This document shows, one piece after another, positions 58,620 to 64,000 of a stretch of 64,000 bases of DNA. A program made the position numbers and the translations under genes. The DNA is from Candidatus Binatia bacterium (GTDB taxonomy: Bacteria; Desulfobacterota; Binatia; UBA9968; JAJDTQ01), in assembly GCA_963666515.2 (NCBI GenBank), contig OY762897.2:2656001-2720000 (forward strand), given 5' to 3'. The notes beneath the pieces are model-generated. The model saw nothing but the letters and a program-made list of their open reading frames with translations. It made no database searches and was not told where the DNA came from. Position 1 is the first letter of the stretch, and each line of letters opens with the position of its first letter.

Positions 58620-59933
58620 TCAGTCGCACTTGGCGCCCTTCATGCCGCCCTTGACCCAGTCCGCGGCATTGACCCCTTCCGGCGGGTTCACGCACTCGGC
58701 CTTGAACTCCACCACGTCCTTGACCACGATCTCGCCCTTGGCGTCGTCCCACTCGGCATAGCCCCAGCGGTCCGAGGTGACCGCCTGGTGTCCCTTGCCG
58801 AGGGACATCTTGACCTTGGCGGCCAGGATGTCGTAGGTGGCGTGCTCCAGCGCCTTGATGACTTGGTCGGTGGACGGGAACTTGCCGCCGTTGGCCTTCA
58901 TGGCCGTGTCGTAGGCGTACTTGGCCGCCACGATGCCGTCGGCGTAGTGATAGGCCGGCGACGAAGGCGGCTGCTTGTACGCCTTGCGGTATTCGCTCCG
59001 GAACCACTTGTTGAGCGGGGTGTCGATACCCTCCGCGTACAATCCGTAGGGACCGCGGGCGAGCTGTCCCGGCGGGAACTTCTTGCCGATCCGGTGGGCC
59101 GTTATCTCACCCACCGTGAAAACGAACGTCTTGCGCTTGAACAGCCCCCTGGCTTTGCCCTGGGCGATCAAGGCCTCGATGTCGCCGCCCCAGAAGCTGG
59201 AGTGCACCACCTTCTGCTTGGCCCTGAGCAGCACCGAGATCTCGGTGCCGTACTGGCCGGAGAACAGCTTGGGGAACTGCTGCTTCTTGGCCGGCTTGAG
59301 TTCCGACGCCAGGGTCTGCACGCCCAGGTTGAAATCGCGCCAGGCATCCTGGCCCCAGGCGTAGTTCTGGTTGATGCCCATGTAGCCGTCCTTGGCCTCG
59401 TTCCGGAGCTTCTTGACGACGTAGTGCGCGGCGCCCACGTTGCCGGCGGTGCTGTGGTTGATGATGCGGAAGAGGTACTTCGGCTCCTTCACCAGCTCCT
59501 CGAAGATGCGCGGCGTGCCGCATACGGTCAGCAGGGTCAGGACTCGAAGCTCCTCCACCACCCGGGCGATGGCGGCGCAGCTCCCGGAGGAGACGTAGCC
59601 GACCACGACGTCCACGCCCTCCTTCTGCACCTTGTTGCGCAGCTCCGTCACCTGCTTGGTGCCGCCGCCCGACTCGTCGTAGACCACGAGATCGATCTTG
59701 CGGCCAGCCAGCCCGACGCTGTTGTAGGGCGCCGGCAGGGTGCCTTCGTTGATGGCGCGGACCACCAGCTCCACGCCGTTCTTGGACGCGGTGCCGTATG
59801 TCGGCGCGCCTCCGCCGGTAAGGAACGTCGGAACCGCCACCTTGACGGTCTGCGCCGAGGCGGCGCCCGCCGCCAGCAACACCGCCAGGGCCGCGGCCAA
59901 CGCCATGAATCTCTTGCGAGGTATTGCGTTCAT
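58620..59933 (-). CDS. Branched-chain amino acid-type ABC substrate-binding protein
   Basis: Signal peptide; VGYVSSG, NYAWG. Confidence 0.88.
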   Translation of the reverse strand: MNAIPRKRFMALAAALAVLLAAGAASAQTVKVAVPTFLTGGGAPTYGTASKNGVELVVRAINEGTLPAPYNSVGLAGRKIDLVVYDESGGGTKQVTELRNKVQKEGVDVVVGYVSSGSCAAIARVVEELRVLTLLTVCGTPRIFEELVKEPKYLFRIINHSTAGNVGAAHYVVKKLRNEAKDGYMGINQNYAWGQDAWRDFNLGVQTLASELKPAKKQQFPKLFSGQYGTEISVLLRAKQKVVHSSFWGGDIEALIAQGKARGLFKRKTFVFTVGEITAHRIGKKFPPGQLARGPYGLYAEGIDTPLNKWFRSEYRKAYKQPPSSPAYHYADGIVAAKYAYDTAMKANGGKFPSTDQVIKALEHATYDILAAKVKMSLGKGHQAVTSDRWGYAEWDDAKGEIVVKDVVEFKAECVNPPEGVNAADWVKGGMKGAKCD

Positions 59934-60087
59934 GTCAGCCTCCCGTGTTTTCCATGTTTATCGATCGCCACGATACATGTTCGCTCTCCGCGTGCTGATT
60001 GAGCTATACCGTATAGCGCAAGTCACCCCCAAAGCAAGCGCAATGTGCCGGCGCCGAACGCCGCGGCCGTCATGGAGGGAATCGAAC

Positions 60088-60708
60088 ATGGCACGAAACA
60101 TGACCCAACGAGGCAAGGTCGATCTGGAGGGGCTGCACGGTCCCGAAGTCCAGGCGATGAAGGGCGTCCAGCCGCCGGCCGACATGCCCTTCCGCATCGG
60201 CAACATGAGTCACGCCGTGCTGGTGGTCCGGGACATCGACGCCTCCGTCCGGTTCTACACCCAGGTGCTCGGCTTCAAGGTCTCCGACGTCTACCCCGAA
60301 AGCATGGTGCCGGGCCGTATGGTGTTCATGCGCTTCAACCAGGACCACCACGGCCTCGGCCTCATCGGCCAGGCCGAGGAGGCTTCGGCGGGGCGGGAAC
60401 TGCATCACCTGGCGTTCGAGGTCCCCACCCTCGACGACGTGTTCCGCGCCAGAGACCACCTGGAGAAGCACGGCGTGGCCATCGACTTCCACGGCCGCAG
60501 GCGGGCGGGCTGCCAGGTGTCGGTGGAGTTCCGCGACCCCGACGGCCACAGCCTGGAGATATTCTGGGGACTCGACCAGGTGGACTGGGACGGTGAAGCT
60601 CGCCCGCCCGAGGAGTGGGCGCCGAGACCCTCGCTCGAAGAAGCCCTCGACGAAGCGCCGCCGGGACAGGACACCACCCTCGCCGATTCGGGCTTGCGGA
60701 GGAAGTAG
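60088..60708 (+). CDS. VOC-family (glyoxalase/extradiol dioxygenase-like) protein
   Basis: HAVL.VRD, FYTQVLG, HHLAF, FRDPDGHSLE. Confidence 0.88.
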   Translation: MARNMTQRGKVDLEGLHGPEVQAMKGVQPPADMPFRIGNMSHAVLVVRDIDASVRFYTQVLGFKVSDVYPESMVPGRMVFMRFNQDHHGLGLIGQAEEASAGRELHHLAFEVPTLDDVFRARDHLEKHGVAIDFHGRRRAGCQVSVEFRDPDGHSLEIFWGLDQVDWDGEARPPEEWAPRPSLEEALDEAPPGQDTTLADSGLRRK

Positions 60709-60758
60709 CTGGCGGCCGTCACCGGCCCGGGGTCCAAACCCGACCGTGCGACCGACTG

Positions 60759-61598
60759 CTACGCGGACGATTGGCGCGCCGCCACGACACCCGCCTGTTC
60801 GTCGCCCGGGTTGACGATGAAGGCTTCACCGCGTGAGAAGAAGTCGCGGACCAGGGCGACGAACCGTTCCGGCTGATCCACCTCGATGTTGTGGCCCGCA
60901 TCATAGACGTATACCAGCTTGGCGTGGGGAATCTCGCGCGCCAGAAGCTGGCCGCTCTCCGGCGGCATCATGCCGTCTTTGGTGCCCTGCAGAACCAGCG
61001 TCTGCTGCGTGATTTCGGGCAATCGGGCCACAAGCGCCTCGTCGAGTCCGACGGACTTGTGGTAGTAATCCGCCCACCCACGGCTCTCGGCAAGCTGCTC
61101 CGGAGTCTTTTCGCCCGGAGGAATCCGCTCCGGGTGGGCAAACATCCTGCTTCGCATCTCCTCCGGACTGCCCGCCGGTTTCTGCGGGATGTGCGGCGGG
61201 CGGAAGCCCGACGGGCACTGGAGCACCACGGAGCTTATCTTCTCGGGATTACACACGGTCACCCACGCCGACAGGAACCCGCCGAAAGACTGGCCTACCA
61301 GGTCGCAAGGCCCTCCGATGACCGAATCCACGAACTGGCCGGCGAGATCGGCAAGCGCCGGCATGGTGTCGAGACCCTCATGGGCCGGGGTCCCGTCGAA
61401 CCCAGGGGCCACCATCATGTGGATCCGGTGATCGCGCGACAGCTCGTCCAGCGCGTAGGTGAAACGGATGCCGCCCGCGCTGTGCAAGTACAGCACGGGC
61501 GGCCCCTCGCCGGCGACGTGGTAGGTCACCGGGCCGGATGGGAGAGCGGCGGTGAGCCTCTGGAAGGGCTCGCCCGCGGGCCCCGATGTTCCAACCAT
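60759..61598 (-). CDS. Alpha/beta fold hydrolase
   Basis: GQSFGG nucleophile elbow, GTKD, AGH. Confidence 0.88.
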   Translation of the reverse strand: MVGTSGPAGEPFQRLTAALPSGPVTYHVAGEGPPVLYLHSAGGIRFTYALDELSRDHRIHMMVAPGFDGTPAHEGLDTMPALADLAGQFVDSVIGGPCDLVGQSFGGFLSAWVTVCNPEKISSVVLQCPSGFRPPHIPQKPAGSPEEMRSRMFAHPERIPPGEKTPEQLAESRGWADYYHKSVGLDEALVARLPEITQQTLVLQGTKDGMMPPESGQLLAREIPHAKLVYVYDAGHNIEVDQPERFVALVRDFFSRGEAFIVNPGDEQAGVVAARQSSA

Positions 61599-61634
61599 GA
61601 TTGCCTTTCGCGTCCAGCCGCCGGGACGGCGGAA

Positions 61635-62666
61635 TTATTTTTCGCGCAACACCGCGCGGAATACCTTGGTCAGCCGCGCCTCGTTCTTCATGCGCCAGTC
61701 AAAAGGTATGTCAAGAACCTTTTTGCCCTGGACATAGTTGTACATGTAGGTGCCCTTCGAAGTGACGAGCGAATAGCCCCGGACATCGTGGATGGTCTTC
61801 TGGCCGGCGGGAGACACCACCCAGTAGCCCCACAATTTGGCGATGTTCGGCGCTTTGGTGTCCTTGATGATATAGGCGCCACGGGCGGCGAGGATCACGG
61901 TGTCGATGTCCGGATGCTTCACCGGAGCGCCCTTGGCGATCTCGGCCCAGGCATCGGTGCCGAACCCGATGGCGAATTCGCCGCCGATGACCCGTGACCG
62001 CACGTCCGGATACCGGGCCAACGTCTTGACCTCCTGTTTCCGGAGCAGAGTCTCCAGGAACTTCTTCGCCTTTTCTTCGCCGAATGCGAAGGCGAAATAG
62101 TTCCAGGGTGACGGCGAGCGCGGTATGGCGATCCGGCCCTTCCATTTCGGGTCGAGCAGGTCGTCGTAGGTCTTCGGTTCGTCAGCGGGCTTCACCAGGT
62201 TGGTGTTGACGGTCACCATGGTGAGATAGCTGTCACTCGTCTTGACCCCGTATTCACCTTCCATCAGTTTTTCCGGCAGACCGAATTCGCCGGCCCAGTC
62301 GAACTTGATGAGGGCGTTGCCCTCAATCAAGGCACGGGGGCTCGTCGTCCAGAAGAGGTCGAGTCCCGTCGGCACTTTCTTTTCCAGCGCCCGGATGACT
62401 TCCACCCTCTTGCGCGTATGGCGGCCGCCGATCTGGTTGAGCTTGATCTTGGTGCCATAGAACGAATTGAAGCTTTCGTTCATCATCGCGACTTGGCGGG
62501 GGTTCATGGTGACACCGAAGACGGTCGCCTCGCCTTCCGCCTGCGCCGGCTTGACGAGCTTCTTCACGGCGTCCGGCAGATCCGCGCCGGTGGCCATCGC
62601 CGGTACGCCGAACAAGACGGCTGCCACGGCGAGCAGCCCAACCCATGTCGTGAGTATCTGTTTCAT
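61635..62666 (-). CDS. ABC transporter substrate-binding protein (Fe3+/AfuA-like cluster)
   Basis: Signal peptide; PKTYDDLLDPKWKGRI. Confidence 0.85.
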   Translation of the reverse strand: MKQILTTWVGLLAVAAVLFGVPAMATGADLPDAVKKLVKPAQAEGEATVFGVTMNPRQVAMMNESFNSFYGTKIKLNQIGGRHTRKRVEVIRALEKKVPTGLDLFWTTSPRALIEGNALIKFDWAGEFGLPEKLMEGEYGVKTSDSYLTMVTVNTNLVKPADEPKTYDDLLDPKWKGRIAIPRSPSPWNYFAFAFGEEKAKKFLETLLRKQEVKTLARYPDVRSRVIGGEFAIGFGTDAWAEIAKGAPVKHPDIDTVILAARGAYIIKDTKAPNIAKLWGYWVVSPAGQKTIHDVRGYSLVTSKGTYMYNYVQGKKVLDIPFDWRMKNEARLTKVFRAVLREK

Positions 62667-62723
62667 CTGCTCCTCTCCTTTGTCCTTTCGCCAACGATAC
62701 ATCCGGCCTCCCGCCGGATCCGT

Positions 62724-64000
62724 TCAACTGCCATACTCGAGCCTTCGTTTGCGGGCGGGTCTTGCAAGCTCGGCCACCCAGCCGGACAGCCGGCTCAGCA
62801 GACCGTTGCGGCGGGCAACGTCGTGGCCGCGGATCTCCTGCATCCCGGTCATGCGCCGTGCCACCAGCGCCAGGATGGAGAGAACGAATATCATGTAGAA
62901 GGCCACCGCCGCGGCGGCGTTCTGTTCGCCGTTGGTTTGAAGATTGAAGATGAGGGTGGCGACGACCTCGGAGTTGCCGGTGTTCATCACCAGCGGCAAG
63001 GTCAGGTCGCGCGCCGCGAGCATTCCGACCATCAGGGCGGAGTAGAAGATCGCCGGCGCCATCAGGGGCAGGAAGATGCGCCGGAACGTCTCCAGCATCG
63101 AGACGCCCGAGACATAGGCGGCCTCGTCGAGCTCGAAATGGATCTGCAAGGAAGCCGCGTTCATGGTCCGGGTGCAGTAGGCCAGCATCCGTGTGCCCAT
63201 GGCGATGGCCACCAGCCAGATGGTCCCGAACAGCGGTATCCAGTGATACATCTCGATGCCGATGAACTGGAACGCGACGCCGGTCACGATGGTGGGCACC
63301 GCCGGAGCCAGGAACACGATGTTGTCGGCCCAGCGCGCCGTGCCGTTGCGGCTGCGCGTGACCACCCACGTGACGCTGGTGGCCAGCGACGCGGCTACCA
63401 CGATGGAGCCCGCCATCAGGATCAGCGTGTGACGTAGCGGCTCGCCGATCCATGCCAACGCGTCGCGGAAGCTGTCGAGGTTGACCGTATCCAGCGCTGC
63501 AATCGACGGCGGCTGGAAGTAAGGCACCAGCGCCACCCAGACGATGGTGACCACCGGAATCCCGATGCTGACCATCACCCAGACGCCGACCCAGAAATAG
63601 GCGGCCCAGCGCCAGCGGCCGAGGGGCTGCGGCGCCGACGCCCGCACCTTGCCGCCCACCACCGCGTACTTCCGCGCCTGCTTGAGGAACCGCGCGTAGA
63701 ACAGGATGGCGACGCCGCAGATGACGAACAGGACCACACCCGCGGCACCCGCGAAGCCCAGGTTGGGCGGACCGTCCGTCTCCGCGATGGCGTCATAGAT
63801 CCACAGGACCAGCACGTCGCCTGGCATGCCGATGATGGCGACGAAGTCGAACATCTCCACGCCGAGCACGAAGTAGAAGATGCAAACCGCCACCATGCTG
63901 GGGCCCAGCAGCGGCAGCACGATGCGAGAAACCGTATAGGTCTTGGACACCCCGCTGACCCAGGCGGCCTCTTCCAACGAAGCGTCGAGGTTCCTGAAGG
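62724..64000 (-). CDS. ABC permease (FbpB-like, two BPD domains), 5' partial
   Basis: Two EAA motifs (LEEAAWVSG, LDEAAYVSG); frame open to the window edge. Confidence 0.88.
   Translation of the reverse strand, partial: FRNLDASLEEAAWVSGVSKTYTVSRIVLPLLGPSMVAVCIFYFVLGVEMFDFVAIIGMPGDVLVLWIYDAIAETDGPPNLGFAGAAGVVLFVICGVAILFYARFLKQARKYAVVGGKVRASAPQPLGRWRWAAYFWVGVWVMVSIGIPVVTIVWVALVPYFQPPSIAALDTVNLDSFRDALAWIGEPLRHTLILMAGSIVVAASLATSVTWVVTRSRNGTARWADNIVFLAPAVPTIVTGVAFQFIGIEMYHWIPLFGTIWLVAIAMGTRMLAYCTRTMNAASLQIHFELDEAAYVSGVSMLETFRRIFLPLMAPAIFYSALMVGMLAARDLTLPLVMNTGNSEVVATLIFNLQTNGEQNAAAAVAFYMIFVLSILALVARRMTGMQEIRGHDVARRNGLLSRLSGWVAELARPARKRRLEYGS

Overview
High-GC bacterial chromosome segment. The backbone carries many catabolic/redox genes (three LLM oxidoreductases, tcuAB, UbiD, two xanthine-dehydrogenase-family molybdoenzymes, amidohydrolase, nitrilase-family hydrolase, ferredoxin plus flavoprotein, ABC/MFS transporters) and CGTC-type REP palindromes; this profile resembles Binatia/Entotheonella-like deltaproteobacteria (inference only). 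Four accessory patches interrupt it. (1) 1-5.9 kb: IS4 end, a HEPN-motif gene, a three-gene HTH/N6-methyltransferase/His-motif operon with a perfect 13-bp operator, and an integrase remnant. (2) 18.9-21.8 kb: hipBA and an ATPase. (3) 25-30 kb: brnTA debris plus a tandem-AAA/GIY-YIG/DriD-like WYL cluster with a WYL-type box in its promoter. (4) 42.5-52 kb: DUF2235, TA modules, an ECF sigma/dockerin anti-sigma/cohesin-like/VIT operon, a small-protein plus degenerate IrrE-like pair, and an RlmJ-like gene. Several genes are collapsed by internal deletions. No rRNA, tRNA or CRISPR was recognised. All family calls come from motif recognition by eye; no searches were run.
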